A stretch of 64,000 nucleotides of DNA from Eledone cirrhosa (Eukaryota). This document shows, piece after piece, positions 52,120-64,000 of the stretch. The stretch is taken from contig OZ024741.1 of the NCBI GenBank assembly GCA_964016885.1, forward strand, positions 375,162,001-375,226,000, in the 5' to 3' direction. The position numbers and the translations under genes were made by a program. The notes beneath the pieces are model-generated. The model worked only from the letters and a program-made list of their open reading frames with translations, was not told where the DNA came from and made no database searches. Within the stretch, counting starts at the first letter, position 1. Every line of letters begins with the position of its first letter.

Positions 52120-53257
52120 GCTGGAGCAGCATTGACACCCAAACCTTCACTTAACAACTGTCTTATGTCACAAGTGCCTTCACATTTCCCCTTCTCTGGT
52201 TAAAGTTTCGTGTTAAACTATAACCATGCAGCGGACAGATTAGTAATACCAACACCAACACCATACACCAAGAGTGAGAAACTAGAAAGATAACAAAAAA
52301 AAAAAAACCCCAGTTGATCATTGCTTGACAACAAACGACTCTCCACTGAGCTACGGTAGCCAGCCTTTTGATGCAGCTGAAGCAGAAATATCGTGAGAAA
52401 ATCAACTATGAATCTCCAACTGTTCAACGTTTCCGTCTATATATTTTGCCTTTTCAAAAGAATTTATAATAATTTTATTTTATTTTATTTTATTTTATTT
52501 TATTATCAGTCTTTGTTTTCAACTGTTCTATTTTATTTGTTATTTTACTAATTTCTTAGGGCGGTGGTTTGTATGATCGTTAGAGTATCGTGCAAAATGT
52601 CTCGTGATGTTTAGTTACAGTCCTTACATTCTGAGTACAAATCCCGCCCCAGGTTGATTTTGCCTTTCAATATCCTTTCGGGGTTGATAAAAAAAAATGC
52701 CAGTCAACTACAGGGATCGATTTAACCGACTTTCCCCTGCCAAATTGCTGGTATTATGCATAAATTAGAAAGTATTATTTTAATAATCTCCAATGTTTTG
52801 AGCACGATCAAAGTTTCGATTATCTGTCAAAGTTGAAATTATTTATTCAATTTCACTGATATCGTTAAGGCATCTGTGAAATGTACGAAGGTCACTCAAT
52901 CTCATTTGCTCTCCTTTATAAATAAGAGTATACAATATTTTGCCTATATAAGGTATTATTATCAGCCTATTAGGGTGTCTTATGAACATTTGAAAGACAA
53001 TGAGTATCTGAGAAAAGACATAAAAACCACAACTTTTCACTTCCCCCACTTTATGCTCCTTTAAGAAACATTGTTTCAAGGAGGAGAATATGGGCGGCGA
53101 TTTGGTAGAATCGTGAGTTAAGTTCTAAGATCAAGTCCCAATGAGATCAACGCTGCCTTGCATATTCCTGGGGTGAGTGAAATAAAGGACTTGCTAAATT
53201 GTGGGGTCGATATGATTGAGTGCCCATCTCCCTCCAATCCAGATTTTATTCTGTGAA

Positions 53258-53390
53258 CACGCGTAGCTTAATGGTTAAGGTGTTGGCTCGCGATCGTAAA
53301 GTCGTGAGTTCAATTCCAGGACCGAGAGGCGTGTTGTGTCGCTGAGCAAGACACTTTATCTTACGTTACTCAAGTACACTCAACTGAAAA
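53258..53390 (+). mobile_element. tRNA-headed SINE with CORE-like segment
   Basis: CGTAGCTTAATGGTTAAGG (A box), GAGTTCAATTCC (B box), TTGTGTCGCTGAGCAAGACACTT. Confidence 0.6.
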
Positions 53391-56300
53391 AATAATACAT
53401 CGGTAATGAGGACAGAGGATACTGGCATGTATGGGCAACTGCTGCTTCTCCACAAAACGCCTTGCTCTGGTTTGCATCTTAGAGAAGAATTTTCCTGGGG
53501 AAAACCCATGGTCAGTCATAACTGAAGAGAAGATTTTTGGGCCTTGAGTTTATGAAAAAATCATTATGAAAGCAAGAGCGGTAGACTGGTTGTATTGGCA
53601 GAGCGTTGGGGGTTCTCATCTACGAATTTCTAGGTTTTGAGTTCAAATCCTTCCGGGTGTCGATAAAATAAAGTACTAGTTAAGTACTGGGGTCAATGTA
53701 ACATATTACCCCTTCCCCAAATTGCTGGCCTTGTACCAATGCTGGAAAAATTATATGGAGAGCAGCGAAATTGGTGCAACCAATTATAAACGAGATTACA
53801 GCTGAATTAAAGACGACCATCAAACCAGAAATTCAGTTTTAAAATATTTAAAAAAATATTATACAGGATTTATATTAATTTTAAACAATTGTTATAAATG
53901 TTATTTTATTTTATTTTGTTTTATTTCATTTTACTTTATTTTATTTTATTTTATTTTTTTTGAGAAACTCACGAATATTTGATGATTCTTCACATTTTGG
54001 CAACTACCTGATCACATAAGGTAATCATGGTAGTTCAGCTTACATAGAATACAATTTTTTTTTTATTATTAGAAAATTCTTCTCATAAATCATGATTTGA
54101 TTTCATTGTGATTTAACAAACGTGCCTTCATATATGTCTACCGTTATATGGCGACCAAAGCTGTTATGATGTCACGTGAATACTGACACTCTAACTACAT
54201 GGACGAGTGGATGAGTTGTCCCAAAACTGTAAATAGACGAGAAAGAAACGAAATCCGTTATGGTGTTTAGTATTGTACATTACGTTGATTTCAAATTCTC
54301 TACAGTTTTATTCAGCCTTCCATTGTACCTCTCTAGGATCGATAATGAAATTTATAGTAATACACTGGAGTAAATTTCATCGGATGTATTCACTTACACC
54401 AAGGCTAACTAAATGAAGCACATCCATTTTTAACTGGAAGTATCAACATGGCCGATTGGATATGGTACCAGATTTTCGGATGCCCGATCGTCTGCTCTTA
54501 TCTTAATGTTGATATTCCCTTTTTCTTCGTAGGCAAATCCATTATTCCCGGTGTCAGATGCGCTCTGTCGGCGTGGACGCATTCACATTTCCAGTTGCTA
54601 AATTTTTCTGAAAAAAAAAAAAAAATGTTTAGGCTTATGAGCTCTTCGGTCTCCAAATTTTCCAGACCCATCTTTTTTTTATTTTTATGTATTTATTATT
54701 TTGGGGTGGGGGGTTGGGGTGACAGTGTTTTTTTTTTTATCGCCGGGAAATACTGCAATTTAACTCCAGCATCTATTTTAAAGGTATCTATTTAAGATGT
54801 CTATTTAAAGATAAAGATATTGTCATTTATTTAATATTTGTCATTTATCACTTGTGAAAGGGGTCGCCCCAAATGGTTGTAATGTTGTACACATGTAACG
54901 TTCTGTTGTCCAGTTCATGATGTAAACAAAACATATTTACCAATAGCTGGAAATAATATAAGACATTTTAAATCGTATTCTTCCAAAGCAATAACACTTT
55001 TTTTTACAATAGCAATACATTCATCATGAATTTCGACCCACCGATTGAATGCATCTTGTAACAATGATTGCACAGTGCTAATATCTAGAAAACTGACTGT
55101 CTTCCAGAAATTCTGTACGTTGTGTCACATATGCAGTTAATGATTGTCATTTATTTTTCTTTGTTCTTCATATATAATAATAGCTTCGTGGTTTTCGTTG
55201 TGATGTACAGTGTGTAACATAAGTTTCTCCAACAAAATATCGTGAAAAGTAAAATGTGTACAAAATTTAACATTACAAAATTTTACAATCTTCAACAAAA
55301 CATGAAAACATTTCTGTTTCATATGTTGCTTTAACAATCCCGCAAGCAACAACGACAACAAAAATGTATTCATTTAACGTTGATCTGAAGGATTATTTTA
55401 AGCTCTGAAAAATATCAAGACAATATTTTTTCTTCGACGAACAATATAGTAAACAATTAAAATATTTGAATGTGTACATCCCAACGCAAATATCCGTAAT
55501 AATAATCGAACTCTATGCATAATAGTTGAGAAAATCGAAAATCGGCTAAAGTACGCTTAAAGACAGAAAAAGTGGTTTGAAGTGCCTGGCACCTCTATTC
55601 ACTTCCTTCCGTCGGGACGCATGCATTTCAAATTTCCAATTTGCCCAATCCTTCCTAGGTCATCTGCTTTAGTTACAATTAAAATATTACACAAATTGTA
55701 AAATCATAATATAACTATTCAAGATTGAAAACAAAACTGATTTAAAGAGCATCGGATACACAATATACAATGAAATTCACAAGATATGTTTAAAATATTG
55801 GAGAAAAACTTATGATGTATAGAGAAACGAAAGACGAGTAAGATGGGTGCCTATATGTATGTGTGTATGTATGTATGTATATATAGATGTAGGTATGTAT
55901 GTAAATATATATATATATTTATGTGTGTGTGTGAAGGTTCGAGGCTTAGTGGTAAGGGTGTTCGCCTCATAATTGTAAAATTGTGTCCATGAGCAAGAGG
56001 CTTTATTTCACACTGTATATGTATGTATATATATATTTACTCATTTGAAAATCCCGCCTTTGATTGAAATAGATTTTCTCCTATGAGCCCACTCTAAAAC
56101 ATGTCATCTTTGAATGTAAATAACTTTTTATTTTGTCGTCTTGTACACGGTTTATATATTTACAAAATAATATTCAGCTTCTCAGCCTGACAGAGTCGTT
56201 AGGATGTCGGATAGAATGCTTTGCGGTATTCCTTCCAACTCTCAGTACTCTGAGTTCAAATCCCACCGAAGTCAACTCTGGCTTTCATCCTTTTAAGGTT

Positions 56301-58358
56301 GATAAAAAAGTAAATACTACCAGTCATTTCAGGAGTCGATTCTTCCTCTATATCTCCTCACCATCACTCTCTCTCCGAAGAAATCGGTTGTGTTGAGAAC
56401 TCAAGAGGGGTGGGCTCTGCCAGGTTACAAAAAAAAAAAAAAAAAATCCAAAGAAACGCTGAATAACACTAACCCCCACCGCCCACTACGACTCCATCAG
56501 GAGTTATCGGTTCATGCATACACTTTAATCTGAAAACATAACCATTGGTTTCAATTCAAAACATCAATAGTTATTCGTTTTCTTTCAACAATTTCATCAG
56601 TTCTTCCAGCTCTTTCAGAAATTATATTTTATATTCCATTGTATTGATATAATGTTTACCATTTCCCTTAAAACAGTTTTCTTTGTATATATGTTACTGT
56701 TTTATATTTTAACTGTAAATCAATGTGTCTCTATTTTCTGGCCGTCAAACCGTTGCCATGTAATATCTTCTACTGATGGCTATGTAGGATCGTTTTGATG
56801 CTTGGCTCATAATCATCATGATGATATTCTGTGCTATAAATATTCTTTGCTTAATTATAATCATGATATTATGTAAGAAGGTGCCTTATGCATACATACA
56901 TACGTATGCATGCATTCATATACGCATACATACATTCATACATACATAAATACTTACATAAATACATACATACATACTTACATACATACTTACATACATA
57001 CTTACATACATACATACTTACTTACATACATACATACTTACATACATACTTACATACATACATACATAACATTCTTCATTCGTCTTCCATTAATAGTCTG
57101 GTTTTTAAAGAGGTTTATTAAACAAACTCTATAAAACACCATACTTGTACATTTGAAGTACAGCACACGCACGCAAACTCACACACATATATATATATAT
57201 ATACACTAACATACACGCACTAACATACACGTATATGTAGTAAGAATATTGATAAAAAGAATAAGCACTCTTTATATATGAAATAAGATAATTTTTTATG
57301 ATTCGTACAATTGACCGAACGAGATGTACAAATCATTATATATATAACCCCGCCGAGGTTAACTACGGGGTCGATAAAATAAAGTACCAGTAATACACTG
57401 AAATAGTTGCTGGCCTTGTGCCAAATGTAGAAATAATTATATATATAAGCGTGTACTTTTGGCGTGTGTGTTGCTGTGTGTTGGATGGTCAGAAATTGTA
57501 TATGACTTCGTGCCTTGAATCATTGTACATCGAAATCAATGTTTGCTAGTTTGTTCTCCACCTTCGTGTATGCATAACACGTACATACATACGTACATGC
57601 GTACATACACATGCACACATACACACACATATATATATATAAATAATATATATATATATGTATTATATATATAATATATATAATATATATATATATATGT
57701 ATGTATATATATATATATATATATATGCATATATATATGTGTGTGTGCGTATGTCTGTGCATATATATATATATGTATATATATGTATATATATGTATAT
57801 ATATATATATATATATGTGTGTGCGTGTGTGTGCGTGTGTGTCTGTATATATATATGTATATATATGTGTGTATATATATGTATATATAGATGGATAGAT
57901 AAATATAGATTTATATACATAGATATATAGACACACACACATATATAAATAGAATTGCTGAGTTCAGCAGAATTTTGTTCGCTTGACACAGGAAAATATA
58001 TAATTGAAAGTTTCTTTATACATTAACACAGTCTTTGTAAAGGCAGTTATACATCAATACTTTACATATTCAAACATTATATACTGTATATTATACATTC
58101 AGCTGCAATGCACACACACACATACACACAAACACATACACACACATGCGCACACAAACACATACACACACAAACACACACGCGCGCACACAAACACACA
58201 CACACACACACACACATATATACTCTCACCCACATACACATTCATAATCCCGCATTCACACACTCACAGAGACACTCTCACACACACAAACACACATATA
58301 TACTCACACCCACACCCACATACACACCCATACTCACACATTCACACACTCACACACA

Positions 58359-58418
<60 letters not shown>

Positions 58419-59121
58419 TATATATACTCACACACACATACATTCACAAATTTCACATGCCCACACACACACAAACACTCACACACTCCTAACCAGTGAT
58501 AGAATATTCTTGAATACTTCATATAAGAAAGGAATCAAAACGGTACTATAATTCCTTTTTGAGCTAATAAATTAAAATAAAACACCAACAACAACAACAG
58601 CAGCACCAGTAGCAGCAAACATTTATCTATACACAAATATAGGTGTAACAACGAAACAGAAAAAATAAACAACGAAAAGAAAAAAAAAATACCATCTTAT
58701 GTGTAATTTCAACAATGGATTACGTTATTGTCTAATCTTATCCTTATTTCGAGATTATATTACGCTGTATATTTTTGTTATAGTTTTCATCAATCCCCCC
58801 CTGGTTTGCATCTGCCTAGTATTATTGGCTTTTAGGAAAACATAGTGACAAAGTAAGTAGCAGTAGCGATGTCCTATTTAAGAAAAGAAATGTTCTCATG
58901 TTTTTTATGAATAAACGTATTATTAACTGACGATCTGTGTATAGCTTTTGTATAAACATACGCGCTTAAGTTAGGAATAGAAGATGGTTATATGAAGTAG
59001 ATAGATAGATAGGCAGAAAGAGAGGCGTGAGTAGTGCCATGATATACAGCAGATGTACCGGCATCATAATTTATCTTTAAAGATATCTATCTATTGAATT
59101 ATCTATCACTCTCCTCCTCCC

Positions 59122-59197
<76 letters not shown>

Positions 59198-59203
59198 GTA
59201 TAG

Positions 59204-59264
<61 letters not shown>

Positions 59265-59296
59265 TATATATATATACATACACACACATATATATA

Positions 59297-59371
<75 letters not shown>

Positions 59372-59604
59372 TAACTCGAATAAATAGACATCTAGGAGAG
59401 GGTCAAAGAACAGGCTCGAATCCCTGCATGCATGTGTAAGCAATGTACGCATGCGTGTATCGAAATCAACGATGATAAATAAACAGAAGAAAAGAACAAG
59501 CAGGCTAGCAAAAACGACACACACATACATACTCACATATGCATACAAACACAAATACACACATACACACGCACACGCACACACATACAGATACACACAC
59601 ACAC

Positions 59605-59644
<40 letters not shown>

Positions 59645-59673
59645 CGACACTCAAACACACATATATGTATATT

Positions 59674-59749
<76 letters not shown>

Positions 59750-60416
59750 CACAGACACAAACATGTTTATATATATATACAAACATGTTTGTATATGTAT
59801 ACGCACATGTTTGAGAAGCAGCCATTTTCTGCTTCACTTCCATCACTATTATGTTTTCCTTAGTTCTTTTGTTTGTTTAAAACACCATGGGTTAAGGCCA
59901 TGCTGGAACACTGACTTCGCTGTGTTCATAGATTCCTTGATTTTTTTGTTTATACATTTTATTCCAAACACCATGTTCATATTTATATTTTAATTTTATT
60001 TTATCTAATTTAAAACGAATTATATTTATATTATTTCAATCAATACGTTCAAATTTCATTTAATTCTGTTTGTCTTTATTTTTTATTTCATTTATTTTAT
60101 TTAAATTTTTTTTTTACAAGTTCATTTAATTTTAATTTAATTTTAATTTAATTTTAATTTAATTTTAATTCAATTTTAATTTAATTCAGTTTTGTGTTAT
60201 TTTATTTTTATTTCATTTGATTTTGTTTTTATTAATTTAATTCAATTCTAATTTTATTTTATTTTTTTTATTTTTTTTATTTATTTTTATTTTTTTATTT
60301 TTTTTTTTTATTTTTTTTTTATTTTATTTTTTTTTTTTATTTTTTAAATTTTTTTTTTTTTTTTAAATACATTTTTTATACAATACCCTCATGTATTATA
60401 TAAACACACTAACACA

Positions 60417-60468
<52 letters not shown>

Positions 60469-61000
60469 TCTAATGCTAGAAGTAATTATCTTTCATATAT
60501 TTCTCAGTTCAGCAATTGTTGATGGAGATTTCTACCCTCTGAGAAAAAAAACCGACAAAAACTAACCTATTGTTTGTATGTACTATTTTAAAACTATATA
60601 TATATGTGTGTGTGTGTGTCTGTGTGTCTGTGTCCATGTATATATATATGTATGTATATATATATATATATACATATGGTTATACTTGGGGAGGGTCATA
60701 TTGTTATAATATTGCCAGAAATAATAACAGAACACACTCATTGTTTGGTTGGTTTATATATATATGTATTTATATCTGTATTTTTGACCGTTGGTCAGTT
60801 AGTGATAAACATTGGGGACCAAATGAATTAACTTTGGAGATATAAAAGATACAGAAGCGAAAACCAAGCAAACAGTGAGTGTGTTCTGTTATTATTTCTG
60901 GCAATATTATTACAACAATGTGACCCTTCCCAAGTATACCAATATTTGTTTCAACACACGATTTCATATGAAAAACCTTGCGAAACAAATTCATCGCCAT

Positions 61001-61094
<94 letters not shown>

Positions 61095-61340
61095 ATAAGG
61101 CAATACAAAGTAGCTTAGATGTTAACATCTAAGCTACTTTGTATTTCCTTATCCTAAAAATATTCCGCAGTCTATTGAGTAATAGAATATCAATCTGCTG
61201 CCGATGTCCAATTAGTTGGAAATATTATTTGTAACTGTGTTCTAGAATTCCTCATTGTTTAGGTTAACAACGACTTCTTAAAATCAAATTGCATATATAT
61301 ATGTGGGGGGGGGGGGGGGCGTATGTGTGTGTGCTGAGTG

Positions 61341-61399
61341 TATGAGGTCTGACCAAACAGTATCCCGACTTTATTTTTTTGCCCGTGGGATGTAATGAC

Positions 61400-61430
<31 letters not shown>

Positions 61431-62090
61431 AGAACAAAAGTGGGAAAAGTTGAGTTGCATGCATTAATGTACATGTATGTTTTTTGTTGAGCGCGCTGAA
61501 TGCATCATTCGCTGTCAGGTAGCCAGCATGTGAGGTGCTGTACTTCTTACTTCTTACTCGTCGTATTTTCATTTCGCTCGTGATGTCGGAACATGTGGAA
61601 CAGCGATCTTGAAAATAGATCGTTTTTTGACGGCGCGAGAAATCAGTGACGAGTATGTAATGAGTAAAGATTCTGCACATGTAATTTTAAAGCTGGATTT
61701 GGACGTTCACAGAATAACAGCGAAATTTATGCTCAAGCTACTTTATCAGGAACAACAACCTCATCTTGAGATTGTTCAGGACTTACAGGATATTAATGCC
61801 AACAAGGATCTTGAGTTCCTGAATACAGTGATAACTGACGATGAGATGTGAGTGCACAGACACGCCCCGGAAACCAAAGCTCAGTCATCATAGTGGATAC
61901 ATCCAATGTCGCAAAGTCACCACAAAGGACGTCAGTTGTGGAGTAAAATCAAGCTAATGCTGACTGTTTTCTGTGTCTACTGAGGCAGTGGGCATCACAT
62001 ATTCGCACCAAAAGGATAAACAGTTAGAAAATAAATATTACCAGGAAGTCCTCTGACGTCTTCGTGGTGCAGTTTGCAGCTACATTATGT
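61341..62090 (+). pseudogene. Mariner transposase relic with 5' TIR-like end
   Basis: DRFLTAREIS...LDVHRITAKFMLKLL...FLNTVITDDEM*VHRHAPETKAQSS*W...SKIKLMLTVF resembles mariner ITGDETW..YDPETK.QS.QW; several stops. Confidence 0.8.
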
Positions 62091-62137
62091 CAATTCTCTG
62101 GCTCGTATATATACTCACACCTGTGTATATGTGTGTA

Positions 62138-62208
<71 letters not shown>

Positions 62209-62391
62209 AAGTTAGGTGTATGTGTAGAGAATTTCATTCATATATGTATATAGATTAGATATATGTTTTATGTAAAATAAAATTAATGTGTATAAAGAAT
62301 TTATATGCCCTTGTAAATACTCCCATTGCAGTTGTGTTTGAGAAAATACTTCCTCTCACCATTTAGTTTTCTATATGTTTCCTACAACAAA

Positions 62392-62978
62392 GGGTTGGCA
62401 GAATTGGTAGAGCATCGGATAAATTGACATTGCTGTAGTTGTTCTGGCACTTTACATTCTGAATTCAAATTCTTCCACGGTCAACTTTGTCTGTTATCCT
62501 TCCGAGGTCAATAAAATAAAGTATCAATGTTGTACTGGTGTTAATTTATCACCTTTGCCCTAACCCCACCAAAACAAACAAACAAAAATTTGCTAGCCTT
62601 GTGTTTAAATTAGAAATCAATATATTCACTATATATGTATTGCCGGATTTTCATTAAACACATGTTAGTATTGGTGTTTAGTGGCACATACGTTCACTAT
62701 TGATCTTTATTATTTTCCTCACCAGTAATACACTGGGATAATTGCTGGCCTTGTGTCAAAAGTAGAAACAATTATTTTCCTCACAATGGCGGTGAATTTG
62801 CAGTATCGGTAGAGAGTCGGAGGTCATGCTTTCCAGCATAGTTACGTCCCTTTACGGTCTGAGTTCAAATCCCGTCAAGGTTAACTTTGCTTTTCATCCT
62901 TACGGGGTCAATAAAATAAAGTACCAGTAATGCACTGAGTAATTGCTGGGCTTGTGCCAAAAGTAGAAACAATTATTT
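62392..62978 (+). mobile_element. SINE copies (62392 old; 62720 tail; 62787 full)
   Basis: Family motifs. Confidence 0.75.
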
Positions 62979-62989
62979 TCCTCACATAT

Positions 62990-64000
62990 TTCTGTTAAGT
63001 TGCAAACATGTTCACTGTAAATATTTAGTTGCACCCATGTTCATTATTGGTGTTTAGTTGCACATATGCTCATTATTGGTGTTTGGTTGCACACATGTTC
63101 ACAATTGGTGTTTAGTTTCACATGTTTACTATTTGTGTTATATTACACACATGTTCACTGTAAATATTTAATTGTACGCAAATTCACTGTAAATGTTGTT
63201 TCACACATGTTCACTGTTGGTGTTAAATCGCACATGTTCACAATTGGTGGTTAGTTTCATGCACGTTACCTATGGTGTTTAATTGTACACATATTTACTA
63301 TTGGTGTTTAATTGCAGTCATGTTCATTGTAAATATTTAGTTGCACACATGCTCATTGTAAATGATTAGTTCCATACATGTTCACAATTGATGTTTAGTT
63401 TCACACATGTTCACTATTAGTGTTTAATTGCACACATGTTCACTATTGATGTTTAATTGCACATATGTTCACTATTAAAGTTAAATTGCACGCGTGTTCA
63501 CTATTGGTGTTTAATTGCACAGATGTTCACTGCAAATCTTTAGTTGCACACTTGTTCACTATAAATGTTTAGTTTCACACACCTGTTCACTGTAAATGTT
63601 TAGTTTAAGACACCTCTTTACTATAAATGTTTAATTGCACACACCTGTTCACTGTAAATGTTCAATTTCACACATATTCACTGTAAATCTTTAGTTGCAC
63701 ACATGATCACTATGAATATTTAATTGCACCTGCGTTAACTATTACTGTTCAGTTTCACACATGTTTACTATTACTGTTTAGTTGCACAGATGTTTACTTA
63801 TTGCTCAGTTGCACCACACGTTCATCATAAATCTTTAGTTGTTACATGTTTACATGTGAGGTTTAATTGCACACATGTTAACTATTAGTGTTTAGTTGCA
63901 CACATGTTCACTGTAAATCTTTAGTTGCACACCTGTTCACTGTAAATCTTTAGTTGCACACCTGTTCACTAGTAGTGTTTAGTTGCACACATATTTACTA
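62990..64000. repeat. ~29-bp degenerate minisatellite (TTGCACACATGTTCACTGTAAATATTTAG)n, runs off the window end
   Basis: Head-to-tail units with no unique spacers. Confidence 0.9.

Noticed and set aside
56880-61130. YI/HT/CV-repeat ORFs (also many elsewhere)
   Set aside because: (TA)n, (CA)n and (CATA)n microsatellites.
62990-64000. CRISPR-like ~29-bp repeats
   Set aside because: Units are contiguous and degenerate, with no unique spacers and no cas genes; eukaryotic context.

Overview
AT-rich, microsatellite-dense eukaryotic genomic DNA. The SINE repertoire resembles an octopod cephalopod (inference). Main contents: (1) a near full-length but disabled Tx1/L1-type non-LTR retrotransposon (1234-7250) inserted in an (ATT)n tract, with a hairpin-rich 5' UTR; (2) an R4/Dong-like RLE retrotransposon remnant next to (CATA)n; (3) roughly 30 copies of a tRNA-derived SINE, plus hAT and mariner MITEs and a mariner transposase relic; (4) several Penelope-like element (PLE) relics with inverted repeats, a GIY-YIG pseudogene and hammerhead-ribozyme motifs; (5) an unusual ~5.5 kb block (22081-27610) bounded by inverted repeats, containing hammerheads, a mini-intron SGNH/GDSL hydrolase gene and a convergent BTB/BACK-like ORF, reminiscent of PLE (Terminon-like) cargo; (6) a reconstructable 4-exon host gene (34849-52119, 262 aa) for a signal-peptide-less single-pass membrane protein with NPxY and PPxY motifs, whose introns carry large minisatellites. 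Most ORFs in the supplied track are repeat artefacts. Everything was read by eye; no searches were run.
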